Assembly: GCA_963804645.1 (NCBI GenBank)
Contig: CAWDRG010000022.1
Span: forward strand, 111,642-175,641
DNA: 64,000 nucleotides
DNA from: an uncultured Bacillota bacterium
GTDB lineage: Bacteria; Sysuimicrobiota; Sysuimicrobiia; Sysuimicrobiales; Segetimicrobiaceae
Direction of reading: 5' to 3'
The notes beneath the pieces are model-generated. The model saw only the letters and a list, made by a program, of their open reading frames with translations. It ran no database searches and was not told where the DNA came from. Of the stretch, positions 1-10,066 are shown in pieces (position 1 is the first letter of the stretch; each line of letters starts with the position of its first letter). The translations under genes and the position numbers were made by a program.

Positions 1-647
1 CCCGGCCAAGCGGTATGCGCCCACCCGTCATTCAGCCGTTCCGCGCACGTTCCCCCCCCAGATTTCCGGCAAACATTGACCGTCGAGTGCGCAATTCCTT
101 CTCGGCCCGCGCCTCAGGGGAATGAGTGCCAACACCGCCGACCGTCCGCGGCAGACGGGTGCCGCCCCTGGCGGAGGCGCGGGGGCACACCGGTCCGGCA
201 TCCCCCACCTTCCAGACCCGGGGGGTCGGCCGAGACCAAATATCAGAATCCGTCACGACGCAAGGGGTTTCGCTGGTGGAGTGTATGGGAAGGAAGAGTA
301 CCGCGGCACGATACGTCACGCGGTGCTGCCGGCGCTCGCGGCGCAGTTCGTGGGTGACCGATCCCATGCGGCGGGGGCCGTACTTACGGCCGATCCTGAG
401 CGCGTGCTTCACGTACCGCGCGCTGCTGCTCGCGGCCCTCAACTGGAGCCATCTCGTGCTGGCGACCCTCGCCCGCGGGCGCTAGCCGCGCTCGCGCTCC
501 GGCTCGCGATTACCCTGATGAATCGGAAGAGCGTCGGCTTCCGGTTCTACGTGAACGCCGGCGGCCGCCCGCCTGAGACGCTGACCGCGATCCCCGGACG
601 AGGACGCCGCAACGACAGCGCGTCCTCGTCCGGCGTCGATCGCACGC

Positions 648-1004
648 CTAGCGGCGGAGGTACGTGTCAGTCTTGTCGATCCAATCCTGCCGCGGCGGGC
701 TGAAAAAGTCCATTTCCACGGTATCCTCGACCATCTCGGCGCCGTGCGGGACGCCGCCCGGGATCAGCAGCACCTCGCCGGGGGACAGCATCAGCTCACC
801 GTCCGGAAACGTAAACCGCATGAGGCCGGACAGGCAGTGGGTCAGCTGCTCGTTCTCGTGGTCGTGGACCGGCACCACGGTGCCGCGCTTGAATTCGAGC
901 AAGCTGACCATGATCCGGTCCCCCCACAACAGCCGCCGTACCATGCCGGGATTCACCGCTTCCGGTTCGAGATCCGAGAGTCGACGGTGCACGGGACGTC
1001 GCAT
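648..1004 (-). CDS. Cupin domain protein
   Basis: Cupin motifs VPVHDHENEQ and IPGGVPHG; C-terminal DFFSPPRQDW. Confidence 0.85.
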   Translation of the reverse strand: MRRPVHRRLSDLEPEAVNPGMVRRLLWGDRIMVSLLEFKRGTVVPVHDHENEQLTHCLSGLMRFTFPDGELMLSPGEVLLIPGGVPHGAEMVEDTVEMDFFSPPRQDWIDKTDTYLRR

Positions 1005-1163
1005 GCGAGCCCTCCTTCGAACGTTGCGCGGTCGCCTGTCCGTGTGGAACGCGCCATCCGATCGCGTCGTCGATGTTCACTTCCGCGCGGGCGTCGGCGT
1101 TCCTCGCCCGCGCAGCACGGCGGGAGGGCTCGTCAGACGCCGACGCGTCTCGCCGGCCCCGGT

Positions 1164-2330
1164 CTAGCGCCGCAGGCGCTCATCGAACGGAAAATCCGTC
1201 AGCAGCCGGGACCCGGACTCGGTAATGACGACCGTGTCTTCCAGCTCGACGCCGCCCACTGTGAGATCGTCAAAGGTATAGAGGGACGGTTCCAGGTTGA
1301 TCACCATGCCGGGCTGCAGCGGCACGTCGACCCCGGGACCCAGAAGCGGCTCGCCGTGCAACCCAAACCCCAGTTGATGCCCGCTCGCCCATCCCTGCGC
1401 ATACCTGCCGAGCCCGGCGTCGTGGACGACCCGGCGCACGGCGGCGTCGACCGCCGAGCAGAGGACGCCCGGTTTCGCGGTCTTCACCGCCTCCTGCAGG
1501 GCATCGTAGGCGGTGCGATAGAGCCTCCGCTGGGGAGCGGTCGGCTCGCCGACCACGATGGTCCTGGCGAAATCACCCGTGTAGCCTCGGTGCACGCACC
1601 CGAAGTCGAGAATCACCATCTCGCCCGACTCAATCCGCCGGGTCGTCGCGACGCGCTCCCAGATGGCTGCGTTCGGGCCGGACGCGACGACGGGGATGAA
1701 GGGGTTCATTTCGGATCCGAGGGTCCGCATGCGATACTCCGCTGCCGCCGACACCTCGATCTCCGTCCGGCCGGGCGCCGCCGCCTCGATCGCCGCGGCC
1801 GTTCCCTCCTGCGCGATCTTCAACGCGCGTTCGATCAAGACGACTTCCAGGGGGTGCTTGATCGCGGCGATGTCGACCCAGACGTCGCCGGCGTCGATCA
1901 GCTCCAACCCGGGCAGGCGATCGCGCAGACCCTGATACATGAACTGCGGCAGCAGATCGAACCCAACGCGTCCATGCGCCAGCGAATAGTCCGCGAGCAT
2001 CACGGCAAGCGCCGCGGGCCACTCCGCGAGTCGCGGCAGGCGCCGCGTCTCGCGCACCCGGCTCCGGATCGCCGCGCGCCGCTCCTCGCCCGCGGTTGTA
2101 AACCCCAGCACCGCGTCGCGGCCGCGCGGGACCAACGCGGCGTACTCGATGTCGAGAAACGGACGATAGCCCTTCGCGTAAAACTCGGTGACGTACCGCA
2201 CCGCGTCGTGCTTCAGGAGCAGCAGCGCGTCGAGATCTCGGCGGATCAGCGCGTCCTGGACCTTCTGAATCTTGGCGCGGTGGACGTCATCTCCACAGTA
2301 GAACAGCGGTTCCAGGTCTAAGGTCGTCAC
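1164..2330 (-). CDS. Xaa-Pro peptidase (M24 family)
   Basis: Creatinase-like N-terminus; metal motifs ILDFG..GYTGDFART, GHQLG..LHGEP, INLEP, VELED. Confidence 0.9.
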   Translation of the reverse strand: MTTLDLEPLFYCGDDVHRAKIQKVQDALIRRDLDALLLLKHDAVRYVTEFYAKGYRPFLDIEYAALVPRGRDAVLGFTTAGEERRAAIRSRVRETRRLPRLAEWPAALAVMLADYSLAHGRVGFDLLPQFMYQGLRDRLPGLELIDAGDVWVDIAAIKHPLEVVLIERALKIAQEGTAAAIEAAAPGRTEIEVSAAAEYRMRTLGSEMNPFIPVVASGPNAAIWERVATTRRIESGEMVILDFGCVHRGYTGDFARTIVVGEPTAPQRRLYRTAYDALQEAVKTAKPGVLCSAVDAAVRRVVHDAGLGRYAQGWASGHQLGFGLHGEPLLGPGVDVPLQPGMVINLEPSLYTFDDLTVGGVELEDTVVITESGSRLLTDFPFDERLRR

Positions 2331-2409
2331 CGCGCCCCCCCGTCGGCGCCGCTGGCGCGCCGTCCTCCAACGCTCCCACCGCGCCGCCGCGGCGGCGGCG
2401 CCGGTGACG

Positions 2410-3267
2410 CTACACGAATAAGGGGCGCATCGCCAGCCGCGCGATCTGGTCCTGCATCAGCGCCGGATCCGGCGGGGCCGTGAATCGACTCGCAGCATCC
2501 AACACCTTCGGCAGCAGCGCGATGTCGCCCACCGTATTCAGAAACACGCCGGGCCGACCAAGGACCCAGTGCACCGCGAGGTCGATGTCGTGCTGGTCCT
2601 CGAACGGTTGGTACCAGGTGGCACGCGTGCGCGGGTTCCCCCACCACGGGCTCCGCGCGATCGCCTTGATCGTCTGCACCGCGACGTTCCGCTCGCGGCA
2701 CGTCGCGACGACGCGGTCGAACATCGCGGCGTAGTGGGCGTCCTGCATCGCGATATAGCTGCACGGCAGCAACACCGAGTCGAACTCGAATCGTTCGAGG
2801 CTCCGCAGGTGCGTCGCCGCGATCTGTGTTCCGTGCCCCGTCACGCCGATGTACCGGACCAGGCCCGCCGCGCGCGCCTCGACACACGCGTCCAGCGCGC
2901 CCCCGGGGCTGAGCGCGGTATCCCACTCGATCGGGTCGGCGAGGTTATGCAGCTGGATCAGGTCGACGTACGGGACGCCCATCCGTTCGAGCGAGAGGTG
3001 GATCTGGCGCTTGGCCGCGTCGTAGGTCCGCCCACCCGTCTTGGTGGCGAGGAAGACCCGGTCACGGTGCGTCTTCAGCCATGGAGCCAGCCGCAGTTCA
3101 GCGTCCCCATAGCTCGCGGCGACATCGATGTGATTCACCCCGTAGCGCAGGAGCAGATCGAGCGTGCGGTCCGCGTCGTCCTGACTGACACGGCCGAGCG
3201 CCGCAGCACCGAAGATCGTCCGGGTGCTCGCGTGTCCGGTACGGCCGAACGGGTGCGTCGCGATCAT
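2410..3267 (-). CDS. Aldo/keto reductase
   Basis: [36 protein letters not shown] motifs. Confidence 0.9.
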   Translation of the reverse strand: MIATHPFGRTGHASTRTIFGAAALGRVSQDDADRTLDLLLRYGVNHIDVAASYGDAELRLAPWLKTHRDRVFLATKTGGRTYDAAKRQIHLSLERMGVPYVDLIQLHNLADPIEWDTALSPGGALDACVEARAAGLVRYIGVTGHGTQIAATHLRSLERFEFDSVLLPCSYIAMQDAHYAAMFDRVVATCRERNVAVQTIKAIARSPWWGNPRTRATWYQPFEDQHDIDLAVHWVLGRPGVFLNTVGDIALLPKVLDAASRFTAPPDPALMQDQIARLAMRPLFV

Positions 3268-3439
3268 GACCGGTCCTCCCCTACTCCGCGGTCTGGAGAT
3301 GAGAGCCCGCGTGCCGCTCGAGCGTCACGAAACCACCCGTGCTAAGCACAGTCTACCGCACGCGCAGGGACGCGCGCAAATACCGCGCACGTGGGCATCG
3401 GACGGATTCCGTCCGGTCCGCACGCCGCCGCGCGCGTCC

Positions 3440-3682
3440 ACTACCACGGCAGCGGCGGCACGGGGGGCAGGCGCGTAGTGCGTGCCTCCCGTGAAGACAT
3501 GACGCACGTGCTTCGTCGCGGAGATGTCCTCGAGGGGGTGTCCCGCGAGCCGCACGATATCCGCTGACGAACACCGTGAAGCCGGTGCGGAGCACGATCG
3601 AGCCCATCTCCTCGGCGACCGCCTGCAGCCGGTTGTGAAGACTCTCGAGGAAGACGCGGTCCTCCGACGATGCGTGCGTCAT
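3440..3682 (-). pseudogene. Deletion chimera: hydantoinase B/oxoprolinase N-terminus joined to an amidohydrolase C-terminus
   Basis: LESLHNRLQAVAEEMGSIVLRTGFTVFV abuts, in another frame, DIVRLAGHPLEDISATKHVRHVFTGG. Confidence 0.6.
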
Positions 3683-3858
3683 GAGGGCTCCGGCGCCGGG
3701 CAGTCCTGCCAGGCCGCGCCCGCGTCGATCTCGCGCATCGTTCGCCGCTCGACGCAATCGCGCAGCGACGGCGGATACGTCATGAGACTGCGTTTCAGGG
3801 TAAATGTGCCCCCGATATCCACGCCCAGCCGATCACGTCCCACCATCCGGCCTGCCCC

Positions 3859-4740
3859 CTAGCGCGCCGACCCACCATGCGGCTTCGATTCTTTTCGTCC
3901 AACTGACTGGGTCTGGCCGACTGGCGCCGCAAGGGTACGCTCCAGCAGGCGAGCGTCTCCCAGACGCTCCGACCACCTCGCGAATGCGGCAGTGGGCCCG
4001 CGCCACCGAAGCTCGTCCGCGTCGTCGAACAGGTGCGCATCGGTTCTGAGCGTGGCCAGACCTTTGAACAGCAGCGCCAGGTCGCGCCGATCTCCATCCA
4101 AAGCGGCAGGTGGAAAATTTTCAATGGTTCCGTACCGGTTGAGCAGCCGCGCCGCTCCGACCGGACCGATTCTTGGTATCCCTGGATATCCGTCCGCGGT
4201 GTCACCGACAAGGGCGAGGAAGTCGGGGATCAGCGCGGGTACTACGCCGAACTTGGCGCGCACTCCTTCCGCGTCGAGGGTCTTCTGCCCCCTGCGGTCG
4301 ACCTGCACGATCCTGTCGCCGCGCACGCACTGCGCCAGATCTTTGTCAGGAGACCAGATGCAGATCTTCTCCACGCCACGGTTCCGGCACGCGATGTGCG
4401 CGGCGGAAGCGAGGCCGTCGTCGGCCTCGAGCTCGGTCATCGGCCACACGGCGACACCCATGGCCGCGAGCGCTTCTTCGAGCGGATGAAACTGCGAGAG
4501 GAGAGCGGGTTCGACGCCTTCCCCGGTCTTGTAACCAGGCCACAGGTCATTGCGGAAGGACTCAATGACGTGGTCGGTCGCAACACCGAGGTGGGTCGCT
4601 CCGGTCTCGATCATCTGCAACACCGTATGGAGTACGCCGTTCACGGCGCCGAGGGGTGGATCACCGCTCTGGTGGAATCGGCGAAGACCGTAAAAGTGGC
4701 GAAACAACTCGTAGGTGCCGTCTACGAGGTGAACAATCAT
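3859..4740 (-). CDS. 5'-3' exonuclease / flap endonuclease (stand-alone Pol I N-terminal domain)
   Basis: HLVDGTYELFR, FRNDLWPGYK, EADD, SPDKDLAQ, LVGDTADGYPGIPRIGP; start trimmed to ATG 4740. Confidence 0.9.
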   Translation of the reverse strand: MIVHLVDGTYELFRHFYGLRRFHQSGDPPLGAVNGVLHTVLQMIETGATHLGVATDHVIESFRNDLWPGYKTGEGVEPALLSQFHPLEEALAAMGVAVWPMTELEADDGLASAAHIACRNRGVEKICIWSPDKDLAQCVRGDRIVQVDRRGQKTLDAEGVRAKFGVVPALIPDFLALVGDTADGYPGIPRIGPVGAARLLNRYGTIENFPPAALDGDRRDLALLFKGLATLRTDAHLFDDADELRWRGPTAAFARWSERLGDARLLERTLAAPVGQTQSVGRKESKPHGGSAR

Positions 4741-4786
4741 GGCGCGGTGAAGTGGCGAGGCGCCTTGCGCGACACAGCGATTGCCC

Positions 4787-5074
4787 TTACCGCCGAACCG
4801 CAGGCGCAGCGCCGAATCTCTCGGCGGTGCGAGCCTTCGCCCTCGCGGCCTCCACTTGTCGATTCTTTGCCGGTGCGGTGGTGTCGAGCGAACGGAGAAA
4901 CCGAGTCGAGGCGGCGGCGATGTCATCCACCGCAGCCAGGAACGCGCCTTCGTTGATCCGTGACGGTTTGGTAAATCCGCTGAATTTTCTCACGAACTGA
5001 AGTGACGCGTCTCGGATCTCCTCGACAGTGGCAGGGGGATCGTAATTGAAGAGGGTTCTGATGTTCCGGCACAT
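4787..5074 (-). CDS. DUF2277-like small protein
   Basis: MCRNIRTLFNYDPPAT..EIRDASLQFVRK.SG signature. Confidence 0.8.
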   Translation of the reverse strand: MCRNIRTLFNYDPPATVEEIRDASLQFVRKFSGFTKPSRINEGAFLAAVDDIAAASTRFLRSLDTTAPAKNRQVEAARAKARTAERFGAAPAVRR

Positions 5075-5365
5075 TCGACAAGCCCTCAACGGTGAGACAT
5101 GCTCACATGGCGTGAGCGGCGCTGTGTTGCTTCGGGCAATTCTCGTCTGCATTCCTACTTTCCTCGGCAGGTGCCGAGCACGCCAACGCACGTGAAACTC
5201 CGGAAGGATTCGCGTCTTGGCTTATGCCTCTAGGTCCCTCATCCACGCTCATCGTCACGGGTTCCGTTCGTGGCTGAGTTTCCTCAAGGCGATCCTATCG
5301 CTGTGCGTACACTCGCTCAGGTTCACGACCAAGAGCTCCGTGAACGCGCCCGCGAGCATCACGAC

Positions 5366-5515
5366 CGCATCCCGCACTTGCGCTGGAAAATCGGGGCGTT
5401 GCTGGGATTCGGCGTCCGCGCCGATTACTTCGACTATGTGAACATGTTTGTCGCCGCCCCGCAGCTCCAGCAGCTCTTCCACCTCGGTCCGGCCCAGATC
5501 GGCCTGTTCGGGCCG
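5366..5515 (+). pseudogene. MFS transporter N-terminal fragment
   Basis: LRWKIGALLGFGV..DYFDYVNMFVAAPQLQQLFHLGPAQIGLF resembles the first TM helices of ACS-type MFS transporters; no continuation. Confidence 0.5.
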
Positions 5516-5710
5516 AGCGCCGCTCCGCGCCTACGAGCGGCGGCCGGCAGACACCTTCGCGGCGCGCCGAAGCGTCAGCGTCGTGTCGTTCGAGAACGCG
5601 GCAATGCACGCAGGGCGTAATGACTTGATGACGAACACCCCATTCGACTTGACACCGATCACAGGCGGACAGCCCACATTCGGAGTGCCCGCCGGGCACA
5701 GGAGGCTACC

Positions 5711-6187
5711 GTGGCTTTACAAATTTTCTTGCAGATCCCCGGCATAAAAGGAGAGAGTACCGTAGCAGGGCATGAACAGTGGATTGAGCTGAACAGCGTC
5801 TCGTTCGGCGTCAGCACCGCGGTTGCAGCACCCACAGGACAGCTCGGCAAGCCACAGTTCGATGCAGTGACTGCAACGAAACCCTTGGACAGCACGTCGT
5901 TTCCCCTGTACAACTATGCTCTCACGGCCAAGGGCATCGACGGGGCACTGATTGAGATCGTAGGGCAGGCAGGCGACGTCCAAACGGTGTTGTACCGGGT
6001 CGACCTAACCAAAGGCAATATCGTCGCGGTGTCGTCTCAGATTCAGAACGCGCAAGCCCAGGGACAGGAGACGCTTCAGTTCTGGTGCAGCCAGATGCAG
6101 TGGTCGACGAACCGCGTCAGCGCAAGTGGAGCACCCGTCGTGGCTTTTCAAACCGGATGGGACGTGGTCAACAATAAAACGATCTGA
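5711..6187 (+). CDS. hcp: Type VI secretion tube protein Hcp (orphan)
   Basis: IFLQIPGIKGEST..GHEQWIELNSVSFG, TKPLDSTS, C-terminal GWDVVNNK; GGAGG RBS at 5701. Confidence 0.85.
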   Translation: MALQIFLQIPGIKGESTVAGHEQWIELNSVSFGVSTAVAAPTGQLGKPQFDAVTATKPLDSTSFPLYNYALTAKGIDGALIEIVGQAGDVQTVLYRVDLTKGNIVAVSSQIQNAQAQGQETLQFWCSQMQWSTNRVSASGAPVVAFQTGWDVVNNKTI

Positions 6188-6313
6188 GCGAACGGCTACG
6201 CTGGCGTGTGTGCGCGCCCCGTAGGGTGCGGCCGGACGCGATCGGCTCCCGTTTTCCGAAACCCTGGCGCCCTTGAAGGTTTTCTCACGCGCGCGACAGG
6301 TTTAGGCCGACAA

Positions 6314-7159
6314 TTACACTCCGAAATCGCCACGCCTCCCCCGTCCTAAAGCGGTATCTGCCCGGACCAGCGGACCGTAGAGTCCGGGCCGCCGGCTGGC
6401 GAAATAGTCAAACAGTCCCCGGCTTTGCGCGATCAGGGACAGGTCCAAATCGCCGACAAGCAGCGTTTCGTCTGCCCCGGCTCGACACACCACACGGCCG
6501 AGGGGGTCGCAGATCCCGCTTCCGCCGAAGAACTGGACATTCTCTTCCGTTCCCACCCGGTTGGTAAGCACCACGAACGCGTGATTCTCCAGTGCTCGCG
6601 CTTTGAGATACGCCTCCTGGTAGGATTCGAACGGCGACATGTTCGCCGACGACACGAGTAGGATCTGGGCACCTTGCAGCGCAGTGATGCGAGCCGACTC
6701 GGGAAATTCGATGTCGAAGCAAATCATCAGCCCGACCCGGCAACCAGCGATAGTAACCACCACATGCTCGCTGCCGGCGGAGAAATACCGATGTTCCGCA
6801 CCGTAGAGATGGATCTTGCGGTAGCAAGCCTCGAACTCCCCAGTGGCCGAAATCAGGCAGACCGCGTTGTAGACGGTATCGCGCGCCCGATCGGCCTCGG
6901 GGAATCCTATGACGACGGCGATCCGATGGGCGCGCGCGTGCGCGGCCAAGATCTTCAGTGTGGACCCGTCGACGTGCTCGGCAATCTCGCGGGTGTGTTC
7001 GCGCGTAAAATACCCGGTCAAAAAGAGTTCAGGAAACACCAGCAGATCCGCCCGCGCCGCGGAAGCGTCTGCGATGACGCGCGCCGCGGTCGCCAAGTTC
7101 GCGGGCTTGTCCCCCAGGACCGGGCGAAGTTGTGCGAGTGCGACTCTCATCTGCGTCAT
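6314..7159 (-). CDS. Carbon-nitrogen hydrolase (nitrilase family)
   Basis: Catalytic triad motifs FPEL, YRKIHL, ICFDIEFPE; ARALEN. Confidence 0.9.
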   Translation of the reverse strand: MTQMRVALAQLRPVLGDKPANLATAARVIADASAARADLLVFPELFLTGYFTREHTREIAEHVDGSTLKILAAHARAHRIAVVIGFPEADRARDTVYNAVCLISATGEFEACYRKIHLYGAEHRYFSAGSEHVVVTIAGCRVGLMICFDIEFPESARITALQGAQILLVSSANMSPFESYQEAYLKARALENHAFVVLTNRVGTEENVQFFGGSGICDPLGRVVCRAGADETLLVGDLDLSLIAQSRGLFDYFASRRPGLYGPLVRADTALGRGRRGDFGV

Positions 7160-7537
7160 GTCCTCCCGTTGGCGGCGATGTCGCAGTTGCGCGATTCAAC
7201 GCGAGATCGCTTCCGTCCCGGTCTCCGAGCCCCGTCGTGCAACTTACCGTCGTAGCACGTTTCGTCCACCCTGCGTTGCCACTCCTCCCGGTCGTGAGGC
7301 GAACGTCACCCGCTGGACCGGCATGACTGCGCGGGCCTCGCCATTGCGAACCAGGCAGGCAATGAATGGGTCCATGGAAGCGGTCTGGGACAGCGACGCC
7401 GGCGAGGGGCGAGGCGTGTTGCCCATCGGGTCGGTGGCGTGACCGATGTCATCGTACGGCAACACCATCACAGGGCGATCACCAGCGTACCAGCGGGTGG
7501 CGCGGGCGCGGAGACCCAGACGCCACCCGCTGCACGG

Positions 7538-8581
7538 CTATGGCCAATTGACGACTGGCACACCGGTCGGCACGACGCTCCCGCCCGCCGGCTCAATCGT
7601 GACTTCGATCGCATTCGGCAGTGTTTCAAACGCCGACCCTTCCGCGATGACACGTCCCTCGCCCTGCGCATCGATTCGGACCACCCCGAGTGATGTCCAC
7701 ACAGCGCCGTGTCGGACCCAGGCTTGATAGCTCCGCCCCTGCGGGGCGGGTGACAGGTAGGAAACGGTCAGGATTGCCATCGGCACCCCGGCCCGGCCGC
7801 GATAATATCCATGTGCCGCCCGCGGCGCGTTGGGCGTCGGCGCGAGCCGGATCACTTTGGTTTCGCTGGTCGTGGCGAGCGTCAGCGCCCGTTCGTCGAG
7901 GTTGCGCGTCGCGACCTCGTCGTGGTAAAGCACTCCGGCGGCGCCGAGGATGGCGACGAGCGCGCCCCCAATCGCGAGGGGCGCCAGTTTGTCTCGCAAC
8001 CGCTGTAACCCGCCGCGGATTCGCGTCTTGGCCGTCCCGAGCGGAAGGCGCAGTTCCTCGGCGACCTGTTCGTGGGTTTGGTCTTCAAAGAATGCGAGTT
8101 TGAGGGCCTCGCGTTGCGCCGCGGGCAGCTCGTCGAAGGCCGACCGGACCGTCGACCGAACGCTGTCCCGCCACGCGATCTCATCCGGCTCCGGACCCGC
8201 GTCCGGGACGCTCGCGAGCGTGAATCCATCGGGATCGTTGACCGCCTGAGGTCGCCGGCTGCGTCCGCGAAGCTCGTTCAGGACCCGATAGTGCGCGATC
8301 TGAAGCAGCCACGGGCGAAACGCACCCCGCCTGGGATCGAAGACCGAGGCCTTGCGCCAGACTGTCAGAAACACGTCTTGCACGACTTCCTCGGCGGCTG
8401 CCCGGTCGAGCGAGTGACTCGCGACCGCAAAGACCACGCGCGCGTAACGGCTGTAGAGCGGCCCGAGCGCCTCCTGGCGTCCCGCGGCCAACTCGCTCAT
8501 CAACCGCTCGTCGGTGTGTTCCTGACGGGGTGATAGCTTTCTGAACATGCTGCCCTCCACGCTACAGTTGTCGGCCATCAT
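7538..8581 (-). CDS. ECF sigma-70 factor fused to a TM helix and an RskA-like anti-sigma domain
   Basis: Region 2 (AEEVVQDVFLTVW) and region 4 (LPLGTAKTRIRGGL), then hydrophobic helix, then LSPAPQGRSYQAW..IEVTIEPAGGS..PTG. Confidence 0.85.
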   Translation of the reverse strand: MMADNCSVEGSMFRKLSPRQEHTDERLMSELAAGRQEALGPLYSRYARVVFAVASHSLDRAAAEEVVQDVFLTVWRKASVFDPRRGAFRPWLLQIAHYRVLNELRGRSRRPQAVNDPDGFTLASVPDAGPEPDEIAWRDSVRSTVRSAFDELPAAQREALKLAFFEDQTHEQVAEELRLPLGTAKTRIRGGLQRLRDKLAPLAIGGALVAILGAAGVLYHDEVATRNLDERALTLATTSETKVIRLAPTPNAPRAAHGYYRGRAGVPMAILTVSYLSPAPQGRSYQAWVRHGAVWTSLGVVRIDAQGEGRVIAEGSAFETLPNAIEVTIEPAGGSVVPTGVPVVNWP

Positions 8582-8601
8582 TCATCTTCCTTCACCGCGC
8601 G

Positions 8602-9147
8602 TCAGCGGACGATGACCGTCGCCTGCATAAACGGATGCACCGTGCAATTGTAGAGGTAGGTCCCGGCCTTCGTGAACGTGACGCTGACGCTGGTCCCCGG
8701 CTGCAGCTGCCCCGTATCCCAGGCTTTCGCCGCATCCGTGGCGGTATGTGGGACCGGGTCATCGTTCACCCACGTCACCGGCTGGCCGGCATCGACGGTC
8801 ACGGTCGCCGGGCCGAACGTGAAGCTCTTAATGTGGATACGGACCCCTTGAATCGCGGCCGCCTGCGGTGACTGGGCGAGCGCGCCGGCTGGTCCTGTGG
8901 CGGTTGCCGTCCCTCCGTGACCTGAACCGGTCTCCCCGATGCCGATCACGTGGCGGCGAGGGACACCGCTGTCGAAGCCGGGTGCCGCCGTCGCCGTCAG
9001 AAGAGGATGCAGCTGCGAGAGCCCGACGAACGCCACCGTCACCAGGCTCGCCAGCGTCGGCAGGACCGGCCGCGTACCCCGCCGTCCCGCGCCCGTCGCC
9101 GGTTCACGTATGAATCTGCGAAGAACGCCACCCACGAGTGTCGTCAT
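8602..9147 (-). CDS. Cupredoxin (plastocyanin/azurin-like) protein
   Basis: VTWVNDDPVPHTAT and YNCTVHPFM type-1 copper ligands; N-terminal TM/signal; start uncertain. Confidence 0.85.
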   Translation of the reverse strand: MTTLVGGVLRRFIREPATGAGRRGTRPVLPTLASLVTVAFVGLSQLHPLLTATAAPGFDSGVPRRHVIGIGETGSGHGGTATATGPAGALAQSPQAAAIQGVRIHIKSFTFGPATVTVDAGQPVTWVNDDPVPHTATDAAKAWDTGQLQPGTSVSVTFTKAGTYLYNCTVHPFMQATVIVR

Positions 9148-9252
9148 GATCGATCGTCCCCTCATCGTGTTGATTGCAACGGCTTGGCGCGGCGCCGGAC
9201 GGACACCAGACAGAGGGCGCGTCCTCGCGCGGACCATACCGCAGCGGCACGT

Positions 9253-9945
9253 CTACGGCATCGCCAGCGCTCGGATATCGGCGGTAAGATCGTCGGGGTC
9301 CAGGTTGCCCGGGAGGAACAGCACGAGCTTGCCGGTCCGGTCGATCATGTACACGATCGCGGTATGGCCCACTTCCGAGGTCGTGGGCGTCGCCGCGGCC
9401 ACCGCCTCGGGATTGACAGCCTTGGCGTCACTCCCGACGTAGTAATGCGCCCAGACCGGGCGAAGCTGCGCGAACGTCCCGCGCAGGTACGTCAGCTCGT
9501 TCCGCACGTGGTGGACCGCGAGGAATCTCCGCACGGCTTCCCGGCTGTCGCCGGTTGGGTCCACGCTGACCGCCACGAACGCTACGCGGCTTGCCGCCGG
9601 CCCCAACCGGCCGTGCACCGTATGCATCGCGTCGGCAATCAGCGGACACACGTCTGGACAGTGCGTATAGAGGAACGTCAACACCACGACCTTGCCGCGG
9701 AGATCGGCGAGCGACACGACGCGATCGTCCTGGTCCGGCAACCGGAACTCGTAGGCATTCACGGGCGGATTCAAGAGGGCGCCCGCGAGCGCCGGTGCCT
9801 CATGGGCCCGGATTGTGGCCGCAGTCGCGGCGACTGCCGCGGCAACAACCAGCGCGAGCGCGAGGCTCCGCCACCGCGCACGGGCGCCGGTCGGCGGCTC
9901 GTCGAATCGGGGCCCTGCAGCGTCGTCTGCACGATGAGACGTCAT
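9253..9945 (-). CDS. SCO family copper chaperone
   Basis: FLYTHCPDVCP (CxxxC), VSVDP, conserved His in VGHTAIVYMID. Confidence 0.9.
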   Translation of the reverse strand: MTSHRADDAAGPRFDEPPTGARARWRSLALALVVAAAVAATAATIRAHEAPALAGALLNPPVNAYEFRLPDQDDRVVSLADLRGKVVVLTFLYTHCPDVCPLIADAMHTVHGRLGPAASRVAFVAVSVDPTGDSREAVRRFLAVHHVRNELTYLRGTFAQLRPVWAHYYVGSDAKAVNPEAVAAATPTTSEVGHTAIVYMIDRTGKLVLFLPGNLDPDDLTADIRALAMP

Positions 9946-10066
9946 CGACATTCTCCTCTCGGTTCGAGCCGTGCCCGCCGACACACGCACATCCCGGTGG
10001 GGGCGCGGCGCAGGTCGGACGCGGGTGAGCCCCAACACCACAGGGCCCACCGGCGCCCGCGGACCG

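Noticed and set aside
32..640. ORFs at the window start
   Set aside because: No recognisable family; probably a decayed fragment.
4670..4685. TGGTGGAATCG resembling the repeat
   Set aside because: Lies inside the intact exonuclease gene and has the wrong spacing.
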